The notes under the pieces were generated by a model. The model was not told where the DNA came from, did no database searches, and saw only the letters and a program-made list of their open reading frames with translations. Made by a program: the position numbers and the translations under genes. This document shows positions 14,449 through 22,789 of a stretch of 32,000 bases of DNA, piece by piece. Every line of letters starts with the position of its first letter. Positions within the stretch are counted from its first letter, which is position 1. This stretch comes from Dickeya solani IPO 2222 (lineage in GTDB: Bacteria; Pseudomonadota; Gammaproteobacteria; Enterobacterales; Enterobacteriaceae), in NCBI RefSeq assembly GCF_001644705.1, contig NZ_CP015137.1, forward strand, positions 2,700,001 to 2,732,000, given 5' to 3'.

Positions 14449-15437
14449 AAATATCATGCGGCGGCGCGTCGCTAGTTAACGGTTCAGTCGCGTTGATGGG
14501 CCTGTTGTTGGGATTCAGCGCCGCCACGGCGCAGGCGTCGGGGTTCCCGGTGACGGTACAGAGTTGCGGCAAGCCGCTGACCTTCACCCAGGCGCCGCAG
14601 CGCGCCATCATCAACGATCTCAATATGTCCGAAATGGCGTTCGCACTGCATCTGCAACCGCGGATCGTCGGCCTGACCGGCATCAGCGGCTGGTACAAGA
14701 TGACGCCGGAATTTCGCCGGCAAATGGGGACGATTCCGGAGCTGTCGCCGAAATACCCGTCGCTGGAAACCCTGCTGGGCGCCAGTCCGGATTTCTTCTT
14801 CGCCGGCTGGAACTACGGCATGAAAGTGGGCGGCGACGTCACGCCGGATACACTGGCGAAATACGGCGTCAAAACGCTGGTGCTGAGCGAAAGCTGTATT
14901 TTCGAAGACCAGCATCGTCCGCGCGCCAGCATGGATTTGCTGTACGACGACGAACTGACGCTGGGAAAAATTTTCGGCCGCGAGGAGCAGGCGCAGGCGC
15001 TGGTAGATCAGTGGAAGGCACGGCTGGCGGCCTTGCCTAAACCACCGTCGGGTCAGGCGCCGCTCAAGGTATTCGTCTATGACTCCGGCGAGGATAAACC
15101 CTTTACCAGCGGCGTTTACGCCATGCCGACCGCCATTATCGACGCCGCGGGCGGCCGCAATGTGATGGACGGCATGGCGGCAAGCTGGGCCACCACCTCC
15201 TGGGAAACGGTGTCGGCGGCGGAACCGGATCTGATCATTCTGCTGGATTATCAGAACGGCGGTGGCGCGACGGCGTTGCAGCATTTTCTGGAGGCCCATC
15301 CGCTGATGAAACACACCCCGGCAGTGGCGCATCAGCGTTACCTGAAGCTGCAATACGCCGAGCTGACGCCGGGGCCGGCCAATATCGCCGCGATTGAAAA
15401 GCTCGCGCACGCGCTCTACCCGGCTGCGGCCCGATGA
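14445..15437 (+). CDS. periplasmic substrate-binding protein (siderophore/cobalamin-type, Peripla_BP_2-like)
   Basis: The ATG at 14445 follows agagga. The signal peptide is MKISCGGASLVNGSVALMGLLLGFSAATAQA. The product has the length and layout of FecB/BtuF-class binding proteins, and sits between a FepC-like ATPase and a FecCD permease with ATGA overlaps on both sides. Confidence 0.85.
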   Translation: MKISCGGASLVNGSVALMGLLLGFSAATAQASGFPVTVQSCGKPLTFTQAPQRAIINDLNMSEMAFALHLQPRIVGLTGISGWYKMTPEFRRQMGTIPELSPKYPSLETLLGASPDFFFAGWNYGMKVGGDVTPDTLAKYGVKTLVLSESCIFEDQHRPRASMDLLYDDELTLGKIFGREEQAQALVDQWKARLAALPKPPSGQAPLKVFVYDSGEDKPFTSGVYAMPTAIIDAAGGRNVMDGMAASWATTSWETVSAAEPDLIILLDYQNGGGATALQHFLEAHPLMKHTPAVAHQRYLKLQYAELTPGPANIAAIEKLAHALYPAAAR

Positions 15438-16432
15438 AGGCGCGCCGTCATTATGCGTTGATCTGCCTGCTGATAGTAACCCTGCTGCTGGCGATGATGC
15501 TGTTCAGCACCGCGGTGGGCGCGGTCCGTATTCCGCTGACGCAGGTGCTGGCGGCGCTGACGCCGGATCACGGCGACGCGCCGGACAGCGTGCGCCGCAT
15601 CGTGCTGGAACTGCGCCTGCCGCGCACTCTGCTGGCGGCGATCACCGGCGCCGGGCTGGCGATGGTCGGCGCACTGTTGCAAACCACCACCCGCAACGAT
15701 CTGGCGGATCCGTTTCTGTTCGGCTTGTCCTCCGGCGCGTCGGCGGGCGCGGTGCTGGTGATCACCCGTTTTGGCGAGTGGTTCGGCGCGTTCACGCTGC
15801 CGGTCGCGGCGTTTGGCGGCGGCATTTGCTCGGCACTGGCGGTGATGCTGCTGTTTTTCCTGCGACAGGGGCGGCAGGCCGAGCATTTGGTGATCTGCGG
15901 GTTGGCTATTTCGTTTCTGTTTGGCGCGCTCACCAGTTATCTGGCGTTCTCCGGCGACCAGCGCGCCGCCAGTTCGGTGCTGTTCTGGTCGCTGGGCGGG
16001 CTGGGGCTGGCGCGCTGGGAAAATCTGCCGGTGGCGTTAAGCAGCCTGGCGTTGCTGGTTGGGTTAGTGTTGGTACGCTGGCGGGCACTGGATAGCCTGT
16101 TGGCCGGGGAGCAGACGGCGGCGTCGCTGGGGGTTCACGTCAACCGGTTGCGGGTCGACGTGTTTCTGTGTTGCGCGCTGGCGACGGCATTGCTGGTGTC
16201 GCTGACCGGCGTGATTGGGTTTGTCGGGCTGATGGTGCCCCACCTGTGCCGCCCGCTGGCCGGTGCGCGCCATCGGCGACTGATCCCGCTGTGCGGCTTG
16301 CTGGGGGCGGCGCTGCTGTGCGGCGGCGATACCCTCAGCCGGGTGCTGCTGCCGTCGCAGGAACTGCCGGTGGGGATTGTTACCGCCGGGTTGGGGGGCG
16401 TCTTCGTGATTGCCCTGCTGGCCAAACGTTAG
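15434..16432 (+). CDS. ABC transporter permease, FecCD/BtuC family
   Basis: The 332-aa polytopic membrane protein carries [38 protein letters not shown], the G(V)[10 protein letters not shown] motif and [19 protein letters not shown], all typical of the FecCD family. Confidence 0.9.
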   Translation: MKARRHYALICLLIVTLLLAMMLFSTAVGAVRIPLTQVLAALTPDHGDAPDSVRRIVLELRLPRTLLAAITGAGLAMVGALLQTTTRNDLADPFLFGLSSGASAGAVLVITRFGEWFGAFTLPVAAFGGGICSALAVMLLFFLRQGRQAEHLVICGLAISFLFGALTSYLAFSGDQRAASSVLFWSLGGLGLARWENLPVALSSLALLVGLVLVRWRALDSLLAGEQTAASLGVHVNRLRVDVFLCCALATALLVSLTGVIGFVGLMVPHLCRPLAGARHRRLIPLCGLLGAALLCGGDTLSRVLLPSQELPVGIVTAGLGGVFVIALLAKR

Positions 16433-16536
16433 GTATTACTTATCGATTTGATAAAGATAACGCATTAGCGACATACGTCACATTTTTGTACCTTACATCT
16501 CAAGCCAAACACATTCGAACACATGAGGAAACTGAG

Positions 16537-17100
16537 ATGTCCGTTATCAATACTAAAGTTAAACCGTTTAAAAACCAGGCCTTTAAAGATGGTCAGTTCA
16601 TCGAAGTGACCGAGAAAAGCATCGAAGGCAAATGGAGCGTGTTCTTCTTCTATCCGGCTGACTTTACGTTTGTCTGCCCGACCGAACTGGGCGACGTAGC
16701 GGATTACTACGACGAGTTCCAGAAAATCGGCGTAGACATCTACTCTGTGTCCACCGATACCCACTTTACTCACAAAGCCTGGCACAGCAGCTCCGACACC
16801 ATCGCCAAAATCAAATACGCGATGCTCGGCGACCCGACCGGCCAGCTGACCCGTAACTTCGAAAACCTGCGTGAAGACCAGGGTCTGGCTGACCGCGGCA
16901 CCTTCATCGTTGACCCGGAAGGCATCATCCAGGCAGTGGAAATCACGGCGGAAGGCATCGGCCGCGACGCGTCCGACCTGCTGCGCAAAGTGAAAGCCGC
17001 TCAGTACGTGGCGTCTCACCCAGGTGAAGTGTGCCCAGCTAAATGGAAAGAAGGCGATGCTACGCTGGCGCCGTCTCTGGACCTGGTTGGCAAAATCTAA
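16537..17100 (+). CDS. ahpC: alkyl hydroperoxide reductase, peroxiredoxin subunit C
   Basis: The ATG at 16537 follows gaggaa. [51 protein letters not shown]...[27 protein letters not shown] is near-identical to E. coli AhpC, with both catalytic Cys present. Confidence 0.98.
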   Translation: MSVINTKVKPFKNQAFKDGQFIEVTEKSIEGKWSVFFFYPADFTFVCPTELGDVADYYDEFQKIGVDIYSVSTDTHFTHKAWHSSSDTIAKIKYAMLGDPTGQLTRNFENLREDQGLADRGTFIVDPEGIIQAVEITAEGIGRDASDLLRKVKAAQYVASHPGEVCPAKWKEGDATLAPSLDLVGKI

Positions 17101-17125
17101 GTCTGACTCTCCCTCTGATGTCTTT

Positions 17126-17151
17126 ATCGGGTGCGTTGCACCCGATTTTTT
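17126..17151 (+). terminator. intercistronic hairpin/attenuator between ahpC and ahpF
   Basis: atcgggtgc-gtt-gcacccgat forms a perfect 9-bp stem followed by tttttt. The arrangement is comparable to the partial terminator between ahpC and ahpF in E. coli. Confidence 0.7.
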
Positions 17152-17173
17152 ACGCCAACGCCAAGGATAATCT

Positions 17174-18736
17174 ATGCTCGACAATAACATGCAGCTCCAG
17201 TTGAAAGCCTATCTGGAAAAATTAACCAAACCTGTTGAGTTAGTGGCGACGCTGGACGACTCAGCCAAATCCGCTGAAGTTCGGGAACTGCTGACCGAAA
17301 TCGCCGGATTGTCCGACAAAGTCAGTTTCTTTGAAAATAACGATCTGCCGGTGCGTAAGCCTTCGTTCCTGATAACCAATCCGGGGTCGGCCAACGGGCC
17401 GCGCTTTGCCGGTGCGCCGATGGGGCACGAATTTACCTCGCTGGTGCTGGCGTTGCTGCAAACCGGTGGTCACCCGTCGAAAGAAGCGAAAGAATTACTC
17501 GATCAAATCCGCTGTCTGGACGGTAAGTTCCACTTTGAAACCTATTACTCGCTGACCTGCCACAACTGCCCTGATGTGGTGCAGGCGCTGAATTTAATGT
17601 CCGTTCTGAACCCGAACGTCACCCACACCGCGATTGACGGCGGCGTGTTTCAGGATGAGATCAAAGACCGCAATATCATGGGTGTGCCCACGGTATTCCT
17701 CAACGGCGAACATTTCAGCCAGGGCCGCATGAGCCTGGGCGAAATCGTCGGCAAGGTAGACACCGGCGCCAACGCCCGCGTGGTCGACAAACTGAACAGC
17801 CGCCCGGTGTATGACGTGCTGATCGTCGGCAGTGGCCCTGCGGGGGCGGCCGCGGCCGTGTACGCGGCCCGTAAGGGGATCCGCACCGGTCTGGTGGGCG
17901 AGCGTTTCGGCGGCCAGATTCTGGATACCGTCGATATCGAAAACTACATTTCGGTGCCGAAGACCGAAGGCGCCAAACTGGCGACCGCGCTGAAAACCCA
18001 CGTGGACGACTACGATGTCGACGTTATCGATCTGCAGAGCGCGCAAAAACTGATTCCGGCTTCCGAACCGGGTCAGCCGCACCAGATTGAAACCGTCTCC
18101 GGCGCGGTGCTGAAATCCCGCAGCATCATCATTGCTACCGGCGCGCGCTGGCGCAACATGAACGTGCCGGGCGAAGATCAGTACCGCACCCGCGGCGTGA
18201 CCTATTGCCCGCACTGCGACGGCCCGCTGTTCAAAGGTAAGCACGTGGCGGTGATCGGCGGCGGCAACTCCGGCGTGGAAGCGGCTATCGACCTGGCGGG
18301 CGTGGTGAAACACGTTACCCTGCTGGAGTTCGCGCCGGAACTGAAAGCGGATTCAGTGTTGCAGGACAAACTGCGCAGCCTGCCGAACGTGGACGTGATC
18401 GTGAACGCTCAGACTACCGAAGTCTTGGGCGACGGCCAGAAAGTTACCGGCCTGCAGTACAAGGATCGCGCTACTGACAGCGTTCACAAGCTGGCGCTGG
18501 AAGGGATTTTCGTACAGATCGGCCTGCTGCCCAACACCGGCTGGCTGGAAGGCGCGGTTGACCGCAACCGCATTGGTGAAATCGAGATCGATGCCCGCTG
18601 CGAAACCAGCGTGAAAGGCGTATTTGCGGCGGGCGACTGCACCACCGTACCTTACAAGCAGATCATCATCGCCACCGGCGAAGGGGCCAAGGCTTCCCTG
18701 AGCGCGTTTGATTATTTGATCAGAACCCAGGCGTGA
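17174..18736 (+). CDS. ahpF: alkyl hydroperoxide reductase, flavoprotein subunit F
   Basis: [33 protein letters not shown]..., [29 protein letters not shown] and CPHCDGPLF are collinear with E. coli AhpF over 520 aa. Confidence 0.98.
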   Translation: MLDNNMQLQLKAYLEKLTKPVELVATLDDSAKSAEVRELLTEIAGLSDKVSFFENNDLPVRKPSFLITNPGSANGPRFAGAPMGHEFTSLVLALLQTGGHPSKEAKELLDQIRCLDGKFHFETYYSLTCHNCPDVVQALNLMSVLNPNVTHTAIDGGVFQDEIKDRNIMGVPTVFLNGEHFSQGRMSLGEIVGKVDTGANARVVDKLNSRPVYDVLIVGSGPAGAAAAVYAARKGIRTGLVGERFGGQILDTVDIENYISVPKTEGAKLATALKTHVDDYDVDVIDLQSAQKLIPASEPGQPHQIETVSGAVLKSRSIIIATGARWRNMNVPGEDQYRTRGVTYCPHCDGPLFKGKHVAVIGGGNSGVEAAIDLAGVVKHVTLLEFAPELKADSVLQDKLRSLPNVDVIVNAQTTEVLGDGQKVTGLQYKDRATDSVHKLALEGIFVQIGLLPNTGWLEGAVDRNRIGEIEIDARCETSVKGVFAAGDCTTVPYKQIIIATGEGAKASLSAFDYLIRTQA

Positions 18737-18831
18737 TCTGTGTAAGCCTGAACCCTATTCCATCCTGTGGCCTGACCGGCCACTTTCGGGCTGTTACCCT
18801 CATGCATTAACCTGATCTTTCAGGCAACCCG

Positions 18832-18864
18832 ACCCCCTTCAGCTGGTCTGACGGGGGTTTTTTT
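18832..18864 (+). terminator. rho-independent terminator after ahpF
   Basis: The stem accccc(t)tcag pairs with ctga(c)gggggt and is followed by a 7-T run (18858-18864). Confidence 0.75.
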
Positions 18865-18876
18865 ATGGATAGCCTA

Positions 18877-19707
18877 TCAGGCGGTCAGCGGCACGGTGGT
18901 GACCGGCTGGCCGACTTTCAACTGGGTATCGAACGCGAACATGTCGTTGAAGACGCAGAATTCCGGCACGCCCAGTTCCAGCACTGGCACCTGCTGTTGC
19001 AAATAACGCAGGCACGCCTGCTGGGCTGCCAGATACGCTGCCGACTCCTCTTCCGTCATCCAGCGCACCAGATAGGCCAGTGTGACGTGAAAGCTATAGG
19101 TATCGTGGTCCGGCGCGCGGATCGCCAGCCGTTCAGACAACCGATCCCGCAGGGTGCGCAACTTGCGTTCTTCGTTATCATCCATCGGCGTCAGGCGCAG
19201 CGTGGCGCCGGAATCCTGTCGGGCGTTGAAATCGGTGATGCGCAGTTTAAACGGCAGCGTGGCCTGCAGATCGAATCCCGCTAGCTTGCGCGCCAGATGG
19301 TCGGTGCAGACCTGCATGGGCGCGTCGGTCGGCAGGTCGGCCGGCCAGAACGGTAATCTGCGTTTGGATTCGGTCACGCCTTCAAACACCGTCATGTGGT
19401 AACTGGAGGGCGGGGTGAAGGTCAGGCAGGGGCCGAAATCCTGTTGTTTGAGCGTATCACGCACCGCCGTGAAGGCATTCGACGCGGTGGAACCCAGCGG
19501 GATGTGGGAAATAATGGTGTTGCCGGGGAAGCGTCTGACGCTACCGTCGGGATTGAATTTTCCGCCGATATCGCGCGGCGTGGGCACCAGAGAACCGGAT
19601 GGGCGCATGGTGCTGAACGTGTCGTCGGCTCTGGCGTTGGCGAATAACGACATACCGTAAGCCAGCAACGGCAGTTGTAAGACGAAGCGGCGGCGTAACG
19701 GGTTCAT
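18877..19707 (-). CDS. exported 2H-phosphoesterase-superfamily protein (DUF1868-like) with a twin-arginine signal
   Basis: The N-terminus MNPLRRRFVLQLPLLAYGMSLFANARA fits the RRxF(V/L) Tat motif, a hydrophobic core and an AxA site. Two H-x-T-x motifs (SYHMTVFEG and SFHVTLAYL) lie about 120 aa apart, the hallmark of 2H (LigT-like) phosphoesterases. A strong SD gggaggag precedes the ATG at 19707. Confidence 0.75.
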   Translation of the reverse strand: MNPLRRRFVLQLPLLAYGMSLFANARADDTFSTMRPSGSLVPTPRDIGGKFNPDGSVRRFPGNTIISHIPLGSTASNAFTAVRDTLKQQDFGPCLTFTPPSSYHMTVFEGVTESKRRLPFWPADLPTDAPMQVCTDHLARKLAGFDLQATLPFKLRITDFNARQDSGATLRLTPMDDNEERKLRTLRDRLSERLAIRAPDHDTYSFHVTLAYLVRWMTEEESAAYLAAQQACLRYLQQQVPVLELGVPEFCVFNDMFAFDTQLKVGQPVTTVPLTA

Positions 19708-19720
19708 GACTCCTCCCTGT

Positions 19721-19752
19721 GGTTGACGATGGATATGGTTGACGATGGATAT
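19721..19752. repeat. perfect 16-bp tandem duplication (ggttgacgatggatat x2)
   Basis: Identical copies occupy 19721-19736 and 19737-19752. The repeat starts 14 nt upstream of the start codon of the minus-strand 2H phosphoesterase gene. Confidence 0.9.
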
Positions 19753-19959
19753 CGCGGTGGAAAGATATGCTGTCCGCCTAGGTTAGGCGTACTTTGATGA
19801 CGGGTAAATTTCACTCAGTCATGAAGTTGTAAGCGGATCTTAATCGCGCCGGGCCTGACATGTTGCTGTCATCGGTCAGTGACAGGATGGGCTTCTGGCT
19901 TCATCACGCTTGTTGACGCCAATTTCTTCATTGACTTCACCGCACCAGGAAAACCGATT

Positions 19960-20640
19960 ATGCGCCCTCAACCGCCATCGCCGGTGCTCAGCCCGGAACC
20001 CCGCCTTGCCAGTGATGTAAAAGCCCACCATATCGAATTGGGCCGCTGGACGGAAGTGGCTGAACGTACCGTGCTCAACCATGTTTCGCTGGGTGATTAC
20101 AGCTACATCATGAATGACTGTGACCTGATGTTTACCCGCATCGGCAAATTTACGTCGATCGCCTCGCATGTGCGCGTCAATCCCAGCAACCACCCGTGGT
20201 GGCGGCCGACGCTGCATCATTTCACCTATCGTCCCGGTAAATACCGTCTGAGCGATAATCCGGCGGCGGTGGACGAAGAGGTTTTCACCTGGCGCCAGCA
20301 GGATAACGTGGTGATCGGCCATGATGTCTGGATCGGCCACGGCGCGATCGTGCTGCCGGGCGTGACCATCGGCAACGGCGCCATTGTCGGCGCGGGCAGC
20401 ATCGTGACCAAATCGGTGCCGGCCTGGACGGTGGTGGTCGGCAACCCGGCGCGGGTGCTGCGTCCGCGCTTTGAAGACCCGGCGGTAGCAGAAAAGCTGG
20501 AGCAGTTGAGTTGGTGGGATTGGCCGGACGAGAAGATCCGCGATCATCTGCACCTGTTCCAGCAGGATGTGACCGCGTTCGTCGACTATTTCTATCACGA
20601 CGCGTCGTTCCCGACTCAATCTGATCAACTGCCGCGGTAG
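19960..20640 (+). CDS. hexapeptide-repeat acetyltransferase of the XAT class (Vat/CatB-like)
   Basis: The ATG is at 19960. Left-handed beta-helix repeats ([31 protein letters not shown]) are followed by [14 protein letters not shown] and [11 protein letters not shown], which resembles the WWNW..EKI tail of streptogramin/chloramphenicol XAT enzymes. Its 3' end overlaps the convergent hpxT gene by 16 nt. Confidence 0.75.
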   Translation: MRPQPPSPVLSPEPRLASDVKAHHIELGRWTEVAERTVLNHVSLGDYSYIMNDCDLMFTRIGKFTSIASHVRVNPSNHPWWRPTLHHFTYRPGKYRLSDNPAAVDEEVFTWRQQDNVVIGHDVWIGHGAIVLPGVTIGNGAIVGAGSIVTKSVPAWTVVVGNPARVLRPRFEDPAVAEKLEQLSWWDWPDEKIRDHLHLFQQDVTAFVDYFYHDASFPTQSDQLPR

Positions 20641-20957
20641 GTAGACCACGACCAGGGCGAAATCAGAAACGGCAGGTGGTAATGCCCGGCGTCGCCGAGC
20701 CGCATGTCAATCTGCGCGCTCACGTACAGCGCTTCCCGGTTACTGGTGGCAAACCAACGGCCGATATCGGCCGTCAGGCGGTAGTGACCGGCGGGCAGCG
20801 GGTCGGGAGTGAAGCTGGCGATGCGGCCGTCATCGTTGGTGTGATGCCGCGCCACCGGTTGCCAGCTGTCGTGCACTCGCCGCTCCAGCAGCACGAGGAC
20901 GCCCGCCGCCGGCTGGCCCAGCGCAGTATCCAGAATGTGGGTGCTAAGCGTACTCAT
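20625..20957 (-). CDS. hpxT: 5-hydroxyisourate hydrolase (transthyretin-like)
   Basis: [20 protein letters not shown]...[19 protein letters not shown] has the HILD start and the C-terminal YRGS tetrapeptide diagnostic of HIU hydrolases. Its start overlaps the upstream gene's stop by 4 nt. Confidence 0.9.
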   Translation of the reverse strand: MSTLSTHILDTALGQPAAGVLVLLERRVHDSWQPVARHHTNDDGRIASFTPDPLPAGHYRLTADIGRWFATSNREALYVSAQIDMRLGDAGHYHLPFLISPWSWSTYRGS

Positions 20958-21454
20958 TCGCCGATTGTTCCTTCCAGTCTGAGCAGGGTAATCTGGCGTA
21001 ACTGTTCCAGCGCTTCCGCCGTTTCCTGCTGAGGGGTGTTTTGCAGCCGGCGATGCAGAATTTGCAGAATTTCTTCGCCGCTGCGGCCTTTAGCACGAAT
21101 CAGAAACACCCGGCCAAAGTGGGATTCGTAACGGGCGTTGCCTGCCCGCAGTGCATTAGTCAGCGTGTTATCGTTCGTGCGCACCGCCGCCTGTTCCTGA
21201 CGGGACAAGCCAGCTTCCGGCGTTGGGCTGTGCGCCGGCTCGCCGATGCGCGGGTGCGTGCGCAGTGCCTGAGCCAGCTCTTCTTCCTGCCAGCCCCGAG
21301 TAGCCTGTAATCCGGCCGCCAGCAACGCCGCGCGGTTGCCGTAGGGGCGGCCGGCGGTGACCTGTTTTGCCCAGCCGGGCAGGGCCACGCACGGTGTTAG
21401 CAGCGCCACCGCTTCGCTGACATTGAGCAGATTAAACTGTTCTAACGTGATCAT
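20954..21454 (-). CDS. hpxQ: OHCU decarboxylase (2-oxo-4-hydroxy-4-carboxy-5-ureidoimidazoline decarboxylase)
   Basis: HPRIGE, YESHFGRVFLIRAKGRSGEEIL and the 166-aa length match the UraD/HpxQ family. The SD aaggag sits 5 nt before the ATG at 21454. Confidence 0.88.
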   Translation of the reverse strand: MITLEQFNLLNVSEAVALLTPCVALPGWAKQVTAGRPYGNRAALLAAGLQATRGWQEEELAQALRTHPRIGEPAHSPTPEAGLSRQEQAAVRTNDNTLTNALRAGNARYESHFGRVFLIRAKGRSGEEILQILHRRLQNTPQQETAEALEQLRQITLLRLEGTIGE

Positions 21455-21539
21455 CGTCGCTCCTTGTTCGGTTGTATTGACGCAATACGACGTGAATTCC
21501 CTGTTGTCACGCCGGTTTCGTAGGATAGGATTTTGTCAT

Positions 21540-21555
21540 TGCAACTAGCATGCCA
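21540..21555 (-). promoter_or_regulatory. sigma54 (-24/-12) promoter upstream of hpxQ-hpxT
   Basis: The minus strand reads TGGCATGCTAGTTGCA(A). GG and GC have exactly the consensus spacing (TGGCAC-N5-TTGCA). The element lies about 85 nt upstream of the hpxQ ATG. Confidence 0.6.
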
Positions 21556-21629
21556 GCTATAACCTGACCGGCAGATCAGAAACCGGTGTAGCCCGCGGCA
21601 TACAACCGGTTCACGGTAGCGCAACGCAC

Positions 21630-21646
21630 TGCACTGTAGTGGTGCA
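21630..21646. promoter_or_regulatory. NtrC-type enhancer site candidate
   Basis: TGCACTGTAGTGGTGCA compares with the consensus TGCACCA-N3-TGGTGCA: the right half is perfect and the left half matches 5/7. It is centred about 85 nt upstream of the sigma54 -24 element. Confidence 0.45.
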
Positions 21647-21699
21647 ATCAGGGGTGTGGTGCCATTGTGGGGCAATCGGTCTGATGCACCTGAACGGCA

Positions 21700-22653
21700 T
21701 TACGTCGGAGAAGAGGAGTGCCGCCCGGTTGTCTCCGCTTCCAGTTGTTCAATTTCCAGTTGTTCAATCGCCTGGGTAAAGTGAGTAATCACTAATTGTG
21801 CAGCGCGCGACAACTGGCGGCTGGGAGCAACGCACAGCGCCAGCGTCAGCGGCCGCACCGCCTGATGGGAGAAGGGCACGAACGCCAGCGACCCCTCGTG
21901 CACTTCGCTATACACATCCAGCAGGCTCAGCACGCCGACTCCCACGCCCTGACGCACCAGCGATTTCATCACCCGCAGGTCGTTGCACACCATGTTTTGC
22001 GCCGGGGTCAGGTTATGCCGGTGGTACAACCCTTCGGTACGTTCATGCACCATTAGCGGTGCGGCGGGTAGGAGTTGTCGGTCGGCGGCGAGCTGACTGA
22101 CAGTGAGCGCCCGCTCACTAGCCAGCGGATGGTCAGGGCGCATCACTGCGCCGATGGGGATTTCGGCGAACGCGCGCACTTCAATACCCCGGCTTTCCAG
22201 CGGGTCGAGCAGCAGGCCGATGTCCACCTCCGCTTCCGCTACCAGCCCGTTAATAATGTGGCTTTCATGGGTATGAATATCGAAGGTCAGGTGAGGATAC
22301 TGGCGGCTTATCGTCGCTAAGGCCTGTATCAGCGGCCCGTCGCTCAACGCGGCGATCATCGCCACCGACACATGGCCGCGCCGCAGCCCCTGCAGGTCGT
22401 CGAAGCGTTGGCGAGTGAGCGCGTACTCCTTTTTCCAGCGACACAGGTCGCTGTAAAGCAATTCGCCGGCGGTGGTCAGCCGCAGCCCGGCGGGCAACCG
22501 TTCAAATAGCTGCGTTTCCATCATCGCTTCCGCCAGCAGAATCTGCCGGTTGATGGCGGAACTGGAGACGTGCAGCACCTCAGCCGCCTTGCGCAGGCTG
22601 CCGCTGCGGGCGACCGCCATAAAATAGTGGGAAAAGCGGGAAAAAGGGTCCAT
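21700..22653 (-). CDS. hpxR: LysR-family transcriptional regulator (HpxR-like)
   Basis: The internal ATG at 22653 follows aggtga. The N-terminal wHTH is FSHYFMAVARSGSLRKAAEVLHVSSSAINRQILLAEAMMETQLFERLPAGLRLT and the protein is 317 aa. It is divergent from the Rieske oxygenase gene. The 443-aa version in the track is an upstream extension that crosses the divergent promoter. Confidence 0.85.
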   Translation of the reverse strand: MDPFSRFSHYFMAVARSGSLRKAAEVLHVSSSAINRQILLAEAMMETQLFERLPAGLRLTTAGELLYSDLCRWKKEYALTRQRFDDLQGLRRGHVSVAMIAALSDGPLIQALATISRQYPHLTFDIHTHESHIINGLVAEAEVDIGLLLDPLESRGIEVRAFAEIPIGAVMRPDHPLASERALTVSQLAADRQLLPAAPLMVHERTEGLYHRHNLTPAQNMVCNDLRVMKSLVRQGVGVGVLSLLDVYSEVHEGSLAFVPFSHQAVRPLTLALCVAPSRQLSRAAQLVITHFTQAIEQLEIEQLEAETTGRHSSSPT

Positions 22654-22789
22654 CGGCTTCACCTGTACGAATTTTTGCAGCGAAGATGTTAAAAATCTAT
22701 TATGGACTGCAACACTTCTTGTTATCCACAATATCTTCACCTGATGATTTTTCCGGCTATACGCAGCCGACGGCACGAAAGGTGATGCG

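Noticed and set aside
16433-16536. An expected OxyR operator upstream of ahpC. TTATC-N11-GATAA at 16440-16460 was considered.
   Set aside because: I could not align the region convincingly to ATAG-N7-CTAT-N7-ATAG-N7-CTAT by eye. It needs a matrix scan and is not reported as a feature.
21643-21664. A second sigma54-like element on the minus strand: TGGCAC ... TTGCA.
   Set aside because: The two hexamers are separated by 11 nt instead of the obligatory 5, so this cannot be a functional -24/-12 promoter. The properly spaced element at 21540-21555 is preferred.
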